A stretch of 64,000 nucleotides of DNA. It comes from Macrostomum lignano. Its lineage: Eukaryota. The translations under genes were made by a program, and so were the position numbers. This document shows positions 9,445 through 22,515 of the stretch, in pieces. The notes under the pieces are model-generated. The model saw only the letters and a list, made by a program, of their open reading frames with translations. It ran no database searches and had not been told where the DNA came from. The stretch lies in the NCBI GenBank assembly GCA_002269645.1, contig NIVC01000976.1, positions 248,001-312,000 on the forward strand, written 5' to 3'. Numbering within the stretch: the stretch's first letter is position 1; the number at the start of each line of letters is the position of its first letter.

Positions 9445-11075
9445 AAAGGAACAATGCTAGGTATCATGACGTCCTTATTAGACTTTTGTTAAAGTATCCG
9501 CAAATTAAACAGCGCGCCTTTTACTGGACAAATTTTCAGCCTCAACTGCTGCAGCTGAGTCTCGAGACAACCGGATTCAATTCCCCATAGCGATTTTGAC
9601 TTTCAAGCCTGGTTATAGTTTGCTGAGGTACATAGTAGCATGGATAGCTGGGTCACTGAGTGCATTCCAATCAGCTACGACCATGTATTACAGGGACTTG
9701 CGTAAATCTAGCCGCCTGTTATCCTCACGAAAAGAGGATGCAAACTTAAAGGGCATTTTGGAAGCAACAAGTCAAAGAACAGAACCAGTGCTGAAAAAAT
9801 GGTTGTTCAGACCTTTGCACTTCTCTGACAGAGTACAGCAGGGCTCCTATTAACTTTTACCGCCTTTTGGCAGAGCGACTGCGATCACGCCATGGCGCTG
9901 TGTGTAGCGTGGTAGGATGTGAAGGCACGTGTGAAGATCAGATCGTGATGTTCCCGGCAAATTTTATTCTTATTTACGAGCGTAACTTGAGAAAACTGCA
10001 ATAACAATACGATCAAACACCCGCATTCAATGACAGGGATCTGGCATTATGGCCGATCATCGCATCGCGGACACATGACCGCCAGTGCGAGGCATGGCAA
10101 TGTTTCTTGGCTGCCGAATAGTACCAAACTGCAATAACTTTCTCCGGGATAAGAGAAAATACTGGTTGGTCCAGTAGTGGGATCCGACAGAGAAACCGGC
10201 TCAATTGGCCACCTCTTCCATCTGAGAGCCTTATGTTCACACGAAATCCCGGTTTGTCCCATATGGGGAAGCCCCTTCGTGAAGCATGGTCAATTAAGGT
10301 TTTTACTTTATCTTTTAGATCTAAACAACATACTTGTGGCATTATAGTTCAGTTTTTTGACTTATTGCTTCCAAAATGCGCTGAATTTCACATCCTCTTT
10401 CAACTGCTTGCGACAGGTTAAAGAGCGGTTTTTTGCAAAGATATACTGACTACCCTACTTTTGCAACAGGTTTTGAAACATTCCAAGCAATTGGCTTGGC
10501 CACAAGAGGCGCTAAAAATTGATTACGTGAGGATAATATCAGTTTCCTTCTGAATAAGCCACTGTACCTCTAGAGGTGAAAATTGGTTTAGTTCACTTGT
10601 CTTCTGGTACTAATGAAATCAGTAACTGTCACAAGAATTAGCCGATTTTTACATAAAAAGCCTTTCAACTCACTTGTTAACTTTTTGCGCAGCTTTAAAT
10701 TAAAAAAATTCGCGCAGTTAAAATTTTCATGAGGATAACAGAATTTATGAACATTGTTCAAAATTATGAACGTATCTTTCAATGTTCTCAAAAGATAGCT
10801 CTTAGGTCTAGCAGGCATTCACAGCATGTACAACTACTCGTATTTTTTACTGTTTGTTTTAATCATTCGAAAATTAGAGAATCGCTAGTTTCCCCCGGGT
10901 CCAACATAACAGAACATCACACATGAGATGTAAGTAACAACCCACAACCAATTGATTTAGCCGACACCTGATGCTAACCCAGAGTTCAATTCCAATTTTA
11001 ACAGTTAATCCTTAGTTGTAGTTACAATTTTCCAGAATGAGCGAATAGAAAACCAGTACGCTCGTACTCATTATT

Positions 11076-11869
11076 TTTCAAGGTGAATTGAAATATATTA
11101 TCATCAATTTGATTACCTCAATTTCAAGGTGAATTGAAATATTCATCAATTTGATTGCCTCAATTTCAAGGTGAATTGAAATATATTATCATCAATTTGA
11201 TTGCCTCAATTTCAATGTGAATTGAAATATATTATCATCAATTTGATTGCCTCAATTTCAAGGTGAATTGAAATATATATTATCATCAATTTGATTGCCT
11301 CAATTTCAAGGTGAATTGAAATATATTATCATCAATTTGATTGCCTCAATTTCAAGGTGAATTGAAATATATTATCATCAATTTGATTGCCTCAATTTCA
11401 AGGTGAATTGAAATATATTAACATCAATTTAATTGCCTCAATTTCAATGTGAATTGAAATATATTATCATCAATTTGATTGCCTCAATTTCAAGGTGAAT
11501 TGAAATATATTATCATCAATTTGATTGCCTCAATTTCAAGGTGAATTGAAATATATTAACATCAATTTAATTGCCTCAATTTCAAGGTGAATTGAAATAT
11601 ATTATCATCAATTTGATTGCCTCAATTTCAATGTGAATTGAAATATTCATCAATTTGATTGCCTCAATTTCAAGGTGAATTGAAATATATTATCATCAAT
11701 TTGATTGCCTCAATTTCAATGTGAATTGAAATATATTAACATCAATTTGATTGCCTCAATTTCAAGGTGAATTAAAATATATTATCATCAATTTGATTGC
11801 CTCAATTTCAAGGTGAATTAAAATATATTAACATCAATTTAATTGCCTCAATTTCAAGGTGAATTGAAA
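11076..11869. repeat. 46-bp AT-rich satellite, about 17 copies
   Basis: Unit caatttcaaggtgaattgaaatatattatcatcaatttgattgcct. A further partial unit resumes at 12961-13000. Confidence 0.95.
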
Positions 11870-11883
11870 CACGCTCATGTTAT

Positions 11884-12960
11884 TGTTGTAAGCTGCGCCT
11901 AACGATGCCATTGCCCCGACCCCTGCGCTCTCCGCCTCTCCTCTCCCTGCCGATGGTTCTTTTTGTTCTACCCCCACCTTAAGCTCCTAATCTTCATTTT
12001 AGTTTTCTCGTAGTTGCATTTCATTGGCTGTCACCCTTTTTGTTTGTCCCTCATTTGGGCTAGTCCAATCAGGTCTCTAGCCGCAAAGGCACCTGATTGG
12101 CTAGTTTCCCCCTTCAACTCTGTGAGTTTTGCCCCCCGGCCTTGCGAGGCTTAGCCCCAACCAGCCCCCTGCTCTCACCCCACCGTGTGCATTATTTATG
12201 TGCGCGCACGGCCCTCGCCCTCCTTGCTCTCTCTGCCACTCCCGCCCTTCGCGTACTCAGTGGTGAAGGTCAGCAAAACGAGATAATTAGCGACAGTGCG
12301 GCCAGCCTGCATGAGCGCAGTCAGTGACCACCTCGGTAAGATGTGTTTCTCTTTGTTTATTTGCCCTGTTCCCAGTCTTTTCTCGGGTCTGCGAATTGTC
12401 CGTATGGCTCCAAACCCGTGTCCACACCTCTGCTGCTGCTGAGTGGCTACCTGCTCGCAGCCTCCTCATTTGCACCTCCCTCTAGCCATAGGGCTGGGCG
12501 AGTGTCTGTACGCTCCCCCCGGCCGCTCCACTTCCGCCCGAAGTGTCTGTACGCCCCTCCACTTACGCCCGAAGTATCTGTACGCCCCTCCCAGCCCCTT
12601 CACTTCCACCCGAAGTGTCTGTACGCCCCTTCACTTCCACCCGAAGTGTCTGTACGCCCCTTCACTTCCACCCGAAGTATCTGTACGCCCCTTCACTTCC
12701 ACCCGAAGTGTCTGTACGCCCCTTCACTTCCACCCGAAGTGTCTGTACGCTCCCCCCGGCCGCTCCACTTCCGCCCGAAGTGTCTGTACGCCCCTCCACT
12801 TCCGCCCGAAGTGTCTGTACGCCCCTCCCAGCCCCTCCACTTCCGCCCGAAGTGCCCGAGGGTCGCCGCTCTCCCGCCTATCCTACCCGGCAAGCTCTGG
12901 GCAGCCCTAACCCTAATCACCCATCTGCGGTCCGCACGGACGGAAGCGGAAAATACAACA
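11884..12960. mobile_element. Solo LTR (1077 bp) with 4-bp TSD
   Basis: Ends TGTTGTA...TACAACA (7-bp inverted termini, TG...CA), flanked by TTAT on both sides. No coding domain. Confidence 0.8.
12500..12850. repeat. About 31-bp tandem repeat inside the solo LTR
   Basis: gaagtgtctgtacgccccttcacttccaccc and variants. Confidence 0.85.
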
Positions 12961-13419
12961 TTATCATCAATTTTATTGCCTCAATTTTAAGGTGAATTCA
13001 ATGTGAGTCTGACAGAATGTTAAAAAAGCAAATAGATTTCCTCATAGCAAAATCGTACAGTTAGTGAGAAGTGCAGCTCTGCATCCATCCTGCTTCATTA
13101 TCATATTTTACCGAAGCGGTGCTATATTATTAAAGTACAAAAAGTACACACGACTAAGGAATTACACAACGGGAAACACAAACTTGCTATAACTGAATCC
13201 AAACAGCAAGCGATTACGAGATAAATTATTCAAAACACGCAATTTACGAGTATGACGAAGGAAATTCAATAAATGCAGCTGCGCGGCGGTCTTGGCAGGT
13301 AAACAGCGCAGTGACGGATTAATTTCTCTCGGAGCCATGGGTAACAAATCAATCATACTAGAATGGTTCGCAAAATTCTTCAATGATGTCGGGTGATTTA
13401 GCTTGGCAAAATGACAACC

Positions 13420-13680
13420 GAGAGAAACTACCGGATCTTATAATGTTACCCCTGAAACTACCAAACCCCAAATAATCTCACCCCTTAGACTAAAGAATCC
13501 CAAATAATCTCACCTCTAAGACTACAAAATTACAAATAATCTCACCCAAAAACTACAGAATCCAGAATAATCTCACCCTTAAAACTACCGAATCCCAAAT
13601 AATCTCACCCCGAAAACTACCGAATCCCAAAATAATCTCACCCCGAAAACTACCGAATCCAAAGTAATCTCACCCAGAGT
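13420..13680. repeat. Degenerate about 32-bp tandem repeat just 3' of the WDR61 stop
   Basis: Recurrent aaactaccgaatcccaaataatctcaccc. Confidence 0.7.
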
Positions 13681-13723
13681 CCAAGAGTAAAGCCCAAGTC
13701 CAGCTGCCAGTCCGAGCCCAGCT

Positions 13724-15148
13724 TCACTGGGGCACATCATACACCGCCATCAACTTGTCATCGCCAACGCTGACCAGCCGATTTCCAAATGAATTGTACC
13801 TGACGCACCACACCTGATCGTTGTGCTCAAAGTAGGTGTTCTTCAGCTGCCTGCCGGCCAGGTCCCACACCTTGACGGTCTTGTCCGAGCTGCAGGTGGC
13901 GATCTGCTGGCCGTCCGGGTGCACAGCCAGCGACACCACCCAGTTGGAGTGGCCGCTCAAAGTTGCAACCAGCTCGCCTTTGGCCACGCTGAACACCTTC
14001 ACGTGGGTGTCATCCGACACGGTGATCAGGTGCTGGCCGTCCGGGGTGAACTGCAGCGCCCTGACCGGCATGGCGTGGCCGACCAGAGTGTGCCGCAGCT
14101 GGCCGGCCGTCAGGTCCAGCACGTTGATGACGCCATCCACCGAGCCAGTGGCCAGCAAGCTTCCGTCGGGGCTGTAGGCCAGGCTCATGCAGAACTGGCC
14201 CTCTGTGTTCAGCGTGGTCACCTGGCGGGGTCGCGAGCGGTTTGCTAAGCAACTGTTCTCGGTTTGTCTGCCCCAGTCTCCCGCTCCCTCTGCCCAATCT
14301 CACACCCCATCTCCCCAATCTCACACTCCATCTCCCCAATCTCACACTCGATCTACCCAGTCTCACTCCACCTGCCCAGTCTTACCCTCCATCTGCCGAG
14401 TCTTATCCTCCATCTGCCCCAATCTCACCCTCCATCTGCCCAATCTCACCCTCCATCTGCCCCAATCTCACCCTCCATCTGCCCAATTTCACCCTTCATC
14501 TGCCCAATCTCACATTCCATCTGCCCAGTCTCACCCTCCATCTGCCCAGTCTCAGCTTCATCTGCACAATCTCACCCTCCATCTAAACAATCTCACACTT
14601 TATCTCCACAACCTCACCCTCCATCTGCACAATCTCACACCTAATCTCCACAATCTTACCTCGATCTGCACAATCTCACCTTCCATATTCTACCCGATCT
14701 AACTCTATATCTACCCAGTCCCACTCCCAGCACGCGTGGGCACCTTATTTCCGGAGGACACCTCGAACAAGTTGACCCTGGCCACGTTGCTGCCGGTGGC
14801 CAGCAGTTTGCCATCGGGCGAGAAGCTCACAGTCCAGGCATCCACTGAGCCGGCATCGATGAAGCGGGCCTGCTTGCCGCTCTGTAGGTCCCAGATTCGA
14901 ATCTGTGCGTCCATCGAGGAGCTGGCAGCCAGGGTACCGTCGCGGCTGGTGTCAACGGAGATGACTCCCAGGTGGTGGCCCTCCAGGGTGTGCAGCAGCT
15001 CGCAGTGGTCAACTGACCAGCGCCACACCTTGACGCGATCGTCGAGCGAGCCGGTGACCAGAAAGTCGGTGCGGTCCGGCTTGGCCCAGGCCACGGACCA
15101 GATGCTCTCGTCGTGTGCGTTTTCCTGCCGGTACTTCACCGAGTACAT
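13724..15148 (-). CDS. WDR61: WD40-repeat protein WDR61/SKI8; exons 15148-14744 and 14221-13724
   Basis: N-terminus [21 protein letters not shown] and [11 protein letters not shown] match WDR61. WD repeats throughout. GT-AG phase-0 intron joins GNK|VTTLN. Confidence 0.9.
14285..14700. repeat. Degenerate about 21-bp minisatellite filling the WDR61 intron
   Basis: cccaatctcaccctccatctg and variants. Confidence 0.85.
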
Positions 15149-15244
15149 GGCTGCGGCATGCAGTGCGGACCGGGGGGGGTTCGAGTTGGACAGCGAATCA
15201 ACAACTGCGCAACACCTGAGCTGCTGACGCTTGTGGAGGGTTCG

Positions 15245-15933
15245 GGGTAGTCGGGATAGTGGGGTTCAGGTCATCAGGATAGTGGGGTTCAGGTCATCGG
15301 GATAGTGGGGTTCAGGTCATCGGGATAGTGGGGTTCAGGTCATCGGGATAGTGGGGTTCAGGTCATCAGGATAGTGGGGTTCAGGTCATCAGGATAGTGG
15401 GGTTCAGGTCATCGGGATAGTGGGGTTCAGGTCATCGGGATAGTGGGGTTCAGGTCATCGGGATAGTGGGGTTCAGGTCATCGGGATAGTGGGGTTCAGG
15501 TCATCGGGATGCTGGGGTTCAGGTCATTGGGATAGTGGGGTTCAGGTCATTGGGATAGTGGGGTTCAGGTCATCGGGATGCTGGGGTTCAGGTCATTGGG
15601 ATAGTGGGGTTCAGGTCATTGGGATAGTGGGGTTCAGGTCATCGGGATGCTGGGGTTCAGGTTATTGGGATAGTGGGGTTCAGGTCATTGGGATAGTGGG
15701 GTTCAGGTCATCGGGATGCTGGGGTTCAGGTCATCGGGATAGTGGGGTTCAGGTCATTGGGATAGTGGGGTTCAGGTCATCGGGATAGTGGGGTTCAGGT
15801 CATTGGGATGCTGGGGTTCAGGTCATCGGGATAGTGGGGTTCAGGTCATCGGGATATTGGGGTTCAGGTCATCGGGATGCTGGGGTTCAGGTCATCGGGA
15901 TAGTGGGGTTCAGGTTATCGGGATGCTGGGGTT
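15245..15933. repeat. 23-bp G-rich minisatellite, about 30 copies
   Basis: cgggatagtggggttcaggtcat, with a 3-unit (69-bp) higher-order pattern at about 15489-15790. Confidence 0.95.
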
Positions 15934-17004
15934 GAGCTAGTTAACAAGCATTTTGAAATGAAAATAAATGAACACTAAATGAACAGGCAACTGCAGATAC
16001 AAATATGCTGGTGTCTGAGAGTCCATGTGTATTTCATGGCCAGCCAGAGGGTCACAATTTGAGTTGTGCCCTCCACCCAGGCCGTCAGAGTTTGTATTAT
16101 TTACTGACAAAGGGACAGAAGGGCAACGGACTGCAAAGTGCATGTCCTTCTCGAAGTCAGGAAATTCCAGAATATTATTGTATGTAGCCATACGAGCACT
16201 AATACGATCTGTCTGTAATTATATTTTGTAGCAAATACAAGAAGTGTCATACTTGGCGATATTGGGGCTCGTGGGATCGGATGAACATTCAGAGCTACAG
16301 AACAACTGGGTGCCAGTCAAACACCAGCAACTACCTGTCTAAACTGGTTATGCAATATAAATATAAATAATATGCGTATACTATTAATATTAGTAAGGTT
16401 TGCGGTATAAAACAAATCCTCTCAACTGGATCACGGAGATGCCCGTAGAGAGCGGGGAGAGACAGAACAGAGGCTGGGGCACTGGGTAGGCAGCAGCTGG
16501 GAGATTTGAAAATAGGGAAAAACAAGAGAGTTATTGTTTTCTTCAGTGATGGATTTTCGGGCAACACGAAAGCAGTAAAAAACAGAGGGGGGGCAACACA
16601 AAGACACGCAGATTCTCAGCAAGGAGGATAATTTAAGCATGAAAATTTTTCCCTGTGCCTGCCGGCCCGGCGATTTGACAGTTCACAAAGCGCGCGTCAA
16701 ACAAGGATCATTTAAGCTTTAAAGAACATTCTGTACTTTCGTCTGTGGGACTTTATAAGAACTTAGCAGGTTCCTTTCGGCTTTAAAAGAAAAAAGTACA
16801 AAATAACCGAAGCAACAAGAAAACTAAGAAAATCAAATTTTTGCTTTTTAACAACGGGCAGAATTCGCCCCATCCCCATAATCCGAAGTCTCCCAGCAGA
16901 TTAGCGCGAGCAAAATTCTAAATAAAAAATAAACTCCTACGATGCTCCTTCCCCTAGGATAAGACCTTTCCCTCCCAGTCGAAGGTTGGGCGCCGGCTGG
17001 CAGC

Positions 17005-17376
17005 TCAGGACGCCTGGGTCGACATGCCCTGGTCGCCGCCGCTCGAGTCCTGAGCCTTCATCACGTCGGGCAGCTCGGGCGGCGAGGTGTACGGCTCGAT
17101 GTCCAGCGGCGGGAAGGGCGCGTCTGGACTGTCGCGGATGACGAGGCCGAGCACTGCGGGCAGCTGGGCTCTGGCCGTGCTGGCATTGAGGCCGCAGTCG
17201 GCCAGTGTCCGGTTGTCCAGCAGGACTTCAGTCTCATCCTTCACCAGCTGCTGGTTCTCTGGCGACACCTTCAGGATGCCTTCAATCATTTTCTTCAGCT
17301 CGAGCACCTGCGAGGTCTCCTTGGTGTCCAGCAGCATCGTGACCTTCTTGCAGCGGATCATAAAGTACACGTCCAT
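17005..17376 (-). CDS. ELOB: Elongin B (ubiquitin-like), uninterrupted coding sequence
   Basis: MDVYFMIRCKKVTMLLDTKE...LELKKMIEGILK...RTLADCG...TARAQLPAVLGL...YTSPPELPDVMK matches Elongin B throughout. Confidence 0.95.
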   Translation of the reverse strand: MDVYFMIRCKKVTMLLDTKETSQVLELKKMIEGILKVSPENQQLVKDETEVLLDNRTLADCGLNASTARAQLPAVLGLVIRDSPDAPFPPLDIEPYTSPPELPDVMKAQDSSGGDQGMSTQAS

Positions 17377-20189
17377 TGTGGCTGCAGACTAAGGGCGCGG
17401 CCGCTGTATGAAGCATGGAAACACAATTTAGTGCAAGAAGGTAAAATGGCTGGCACAAAAAGTACATGCATGTTTTCTAGTTTAAAGTTTAAATAAAAGT
17501 TTAAAGACATATTAAAATAGGTATAGATAAGCACTCGGCAAAGGAATACACAGATTTAAATATCTTATAGAGCGATTTTTTCTTGTAAATAAATAAAATG
17601 TGGAGTAAAGAATAGTTAAATCAAGATACTTGCACTTATTAATCAACTTTTTAAAAGCTAATACTAATAGAAAATAGCAATAAAGCTTATAAAATGAAAA
17701 CAAAGCTTAAATAAAAAATATCTGACTATTAGTTTTACTTTTATATAGAGACCTATTAAATATTTTTTTACTTTTAGATTAAAATTTAGATATATAGATT
17801 TGTAATATACAAAATCGTTTGATGAAATAAAAGAGGCCCAGTTAAAGAACCAAGGACAGGTAAAGGACTACACAAGATCATATTGTATTTGCCATATACT
17901 TCTAGCACACATTTAAAACAATTTGTGCATACCCCAGGCCTACATCTTATATAGACATGCTTTAATACACATGCATATAGGAAACTAAATTGTTAAGCAT
18001 TTTGTAGATCTTTATATTTGATATCTAGCATAGCCTAATATATTTAAAACTGGAATGCTTGTGCATTTTGCCTGGCAAGACTACTTTTTGGAGGATAATT
18101 CTTGCATGCAACAAGGTCCCAAGCAGTCTAGTACAATATGCACAGTCTACATTAAGGATGTACATGACACTTGTGGATGTGTGGTTCAGTGGCAAATGTT
18201 ATTCTTTATATATGCACCACTGTCAGTCATTGTGCCACATGGGAATTTTTCCGGCACAGTATTATGCTATAGTTTTATGGCAGCTATAGTTTTACAGTAG
18301 TGTAAGTATACTTTTGTACTGCTGACTTATATAGAATCAAATAGATGGCAGCCTTAGAAATGCCAGTTAACAATTGACAAAAAGATACTAGACAACAAAT
18401 GGCTAGAATTTGATAGATGGACCAATGTATGAGTACAAGACTTTAAATAACTTGATTAGTGCCTTTGTGCTATAATTAGAAAATTATAACTAGCCTCAAA
18501 GGAGTTAAAAGTAAAACACTCTTAGAATGCATCATTTGTGCCATCCTGCATGAATATCAAAATGAAGAAATTGGCCTTCAAAAAAAGTTCCATGAATCAC
18601 GAGGGTAGCATCTTGATGTACTGCTAGTTATGCTTGTTAGAAAACTTGCAAGTTGTTAAACAAGGATGTTTTTTGTTTCAACAATAGTAGTTACTAATAA
18701 TTACATTATTCTATGATTCTATATGATGCTTAAAATGTGCTTTAACTTAAAAAGTAAAAACCACATGATCTAGAATCATCTTTTTTACCTTTTTATAATT
18801 AACCAACAACTATGAGTATTTTGGTGAAAGTTTTGCATTTTGGAAAATATTTATTGCCAATGTGGCTACTTGGCACCTAAAATTTCATTTTCAAGTACCA
18901 AAAGACTAGACTTATCAAAAAGTAATATCCATTACTGAAGTCTGGCATTCTAAAAAAGAACTGGAAAAGTGCCACTTTAAAAAAATAACTTCCAGTACTA
19001 AAAGTGCCAAAAGTGCTGGAACTTTGCCCAACACTACATACTGATAGACTACTATTATACTGTAGACCTCTCACCTCCTTCCCTCTAAACAATTGGCATT
19101 CTTCTAGGTCCCAGCTAGCTGGGGTTACACTAAATTCTTCAACATCTAATTTGTCAATAGACCTAAAATTTAAGAAATTAAAGGAAATCGAATTTGTCAA
19201 CAGTTAAAACAAGCTGAACAAATTTATCAACAGGACAGACTTACTATAAAGGTATTCCTTAACACAATAACCATACATTTCTATAATTCAATGAGCAAAA
19301 TATTTCGAAAGACTTCAACATGACTTTAAGAGTGCACATTCTAAATGCTATTGTGCATATAGAACTCAAAATCTAACAAATTGGGCAATTAATGCTATGT
19401 ACATAATACTGCATTCTACATAGTTGAGTATCCAATGCAAGTCTATTGGGTGTTTGTGTGCTATGTATGCTTTATTACACTTTATTGCATCTTTAGAGTG
19501 AAGCAGGTCACTTTAATTTAAAATTGATCCTATGTTTATTTCTCTCCTTAACTATTAGCAAAGGTTTTATTTGAGTATGACTTCAGATTTAAAAATGTAT
19601 ACAAAAATAGTTCTAGGATTTAATTCAATTCAGTAGGTTTAAAATCTGTGGGTTGCCTTTGATAGGCCTATCTTATATATATCTTCTCAATAGGCTTTTG
19701 TCTTTCAATTTTTAGCATATAGTAAATATATACTAGCTGGTCAATTAGAATATTGTCAAGTAACCAAATTTGTCAACAATGCATGGTAAGGTAAACCAAG
19801 ATATTGACAAATTCAGTGGCACTCAGCTAGTTGCCCCCCCCCTATTATATATGCCAATGCTATTAGTATATCTTGTAGGATACTTGACCAGTGCTGCCAC
19901 TCTATATTGTGAAAAAATTAACGCACAAGGAAAAAAACACATTCTGAAATTATGATTGTTTTTACTTCCCGTCACTAAAAGAAATTTGAACATAGAAAAT
20001 TTTAACGCTAAATTTGAATTTTATGTTCAATTTTTTTCCTTGATTCCAGATAGGCAACACAACAAACAAAACACACAACACAGTTCAGCAGAATAATGAA
20101 CGGTAAAAAATAGCTGCAATGAATTGACTTTAATAAAAAATTGATTGCTAAAATGTTGCTTGTACTTAAAGAACAATGTGAAAGTTTAT

Positions 20190-21080
20190 CCGTCATAGAC
20201 AGTCAGATCAATTTATTGTCACAGTCACAGGGCTTCTTGCTGGTGGAAGCTTCTCCATTGGCGTTGGCGATGGATTCTTGGTCCACATTGGTTTGACTAG
20301 AGGACTTGCACTTTGTAGCACTGCCTCCATCAAAAGCACATTGTCTAGCATTTGGCAGTCTTTTTCCACTGCCATTTTGGCTTTCTGGGCAGCCTCCCGC
20401 TCATGCTGCGCTAGCTTTAGGTGCTCAATGACCTTTTGATTGGCTTCCTGCTTAAGGTCATCAGCAGCCTTCTCTCACTGGTGAATCTTTGTTGCTTGCT
20501 CTAGGCGCTGCATTTTGCACTTTGCTGCCTTAGCATCCTTGGCCACTTACACTGCAGCAGCCGCCTGAGCCTTTTCTATTGCCTTATGCTTTTTCTTTTC
20601 TGCCTGGTGGGCAAAATACTTGGCTCATGCTTTGATCCCTAGATGAATCAGGTTCCGACTGATGTTTGCATCAATGCACAGTTGCTGAGTTTAGCAAAGG
20701 AAGCTACAAACTTGAAGATGAGCTAGACGAGTGGTGTCAGCCATTGCATTTCACTTTGAATTATCATTGATGTCACTTGACTTCCCTATATAGCATGTTC
20801 TAGATCGGCATTGGTGTGGAAGGTCATGACAGCTTGTGCTAACTTAGTCATCAAGGGGAATGCTGGCTTGTTGAAGATGTTCTTCTTATTGGCAACCTGA
20901 TGCCAGAAAAATGCTGGTGCTGGGTAGCTTTCGACAAGATGCTCTTGAAGACACAGCTGCTGAACTTCTTGACAAAAGAGAGTCAAGTTTGTTCTGGTGT
21001 ATTACTGTTGGCAGCTGCTTGGCCAGCGCAACAGCAAGGTTGGGACTCTCTTTGTCAAGCAGTTTGCCTAGATTGAGAAC
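20190..21080 (-). pseudogene. Decayed hAT-type transposase C-terminus (dimerisation domain) remnant
   Basis: FWHQV...FPLMTKLAQAVMTFHTNADLEH, then in shifted frames SQV and K*NAMADTTRLAHLQV. This resembles the FW...FP.L..LA..VL..P.SNA..ER.FS...RN.L motif. Stops and frameshifts present. Confidence 0.55.
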
Positions 21081-22515
21081 TTGCAGGCGCCATAGATTGA
21101 AATTCCTAACTGGACTTATTTATTTATAATCATGAAAAAGGATGGGTACGGTGTATATAATAAGAAAAAATGCAGATAATATGCCTGGTAAAAAATTATT
21201 GCATAATGCAAGCTGGAGCTAAAAAAACGCAACTGCATTAAAAATGCAGGTAGTGGCAGCACTGTATTTGACATACAAAATATATTAAGTTGGCATACTT
21301 GGTATGCAAAATATGTGATACTTAGTTTGAATTAGTGAACTTTGAGAATTTATTCCAACATGGATAATAGACATTGAAAATAACAAAGGCCAAACAATAT
21401 TAATATTAAAGCAATTTTTGTTTAAAAAAATAACAAACAAGCCAAAAGATGCCTAATTATTGGCCAGGTGATTCATTTATTGTTTGATTTTTAACAAAGC
21501 TAGGACTAGGTAAATAATAAGTAAATAGGCATATGAAAAAGATTACTAGACATCAAAAGTAGGATTAAACAACTTTAAAATTAAAGGCAAAGCATCTGGA
21601 TTTATACAAGTAAGTAGGCCTATGCAATAGCCGCGAATAGGCCTAGTGAGAAAATGAATTTAAGTTGAATTTGATTAAATTATTGATTTCGTTATAAAAC
21701 ATAGACACTCAAAAAATAATAGGCCGAAACAATTTAAAGATGAAATTATCTGCATAGGCATAGGCCTAGTTTTACTTTTTTCTACAGTTTTAAATTTCCT
21801 ATTTAGGGGGCCTAGTTTTAGAAATAATATAGGCCTAGTCATATATCCTTTAGACCCAATCGTGGCAGTGTAATAGTTAATTTTATAATTTTCATTTATT
21901 ATTCGAGTAGTCAAGGTTAGAACTTCAATGTGGTTAAAATATATTATATCAGCTAAAACTAGGCCTAAAGCGTGCGCGTGCTTAGCTAAAATATTACAGG
22001 CCATAGAGTCATGGTAAAAATATAGTCTCTAACGATTTTTTCAGCTCTTCGGCTCGATTCATTTTTGAGCTATTCACTAAATAACAAACTTAAAGCTTCA
22101 ACTTCAGCCCATTAAGGCATTATGGCTTAAGACAAATAGTGCTCACTGCCTATTATAGTATTAGAAAAAGGCGCAGTTTAAAAATGCTAAATTGTGTGTT
22201 CATGACAAATTAAAAGGGGAGAACCCAAGTGATATTAAGTGATATAAACTTACAAAATTTGCATTTCTAAAATTTTGCTGTAGTTTTTTAGTGCAACTTT
22301 TAGACTAATAAAACACATTGGTACAAACAAGTACTATTTAATGCAATTTCATTTGTTATAATGATAGTTGCGTTTACATTGGAGAATAAAAATTTTAAAA
22401 CGATTTTTTATCGTACTTTTTTTCACTTTTGGTTGGCTATTATCGTTAGTAGGACATCAACTTGTTGGCAGTTGGTCCTTTATATTTCAATTCCAAAGCT
22501 GCTCGGCTACCAGAA

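Noticed and set aside
9870-10450. Short CSVVGC...MFP (THAP-like) and GHLFH...CPI (RING-like) peptide hints
   Set aside because: A few residues only, interrupted by stops, with no supporting splice model.
18540-18660. LFLKANFFILIFMQDGTND on the minus strand, reminiscent of the hAT FSIxxDxSTD motif
   Set aside because: Too degenerate to link confidently to the remnant at 20190-21080.
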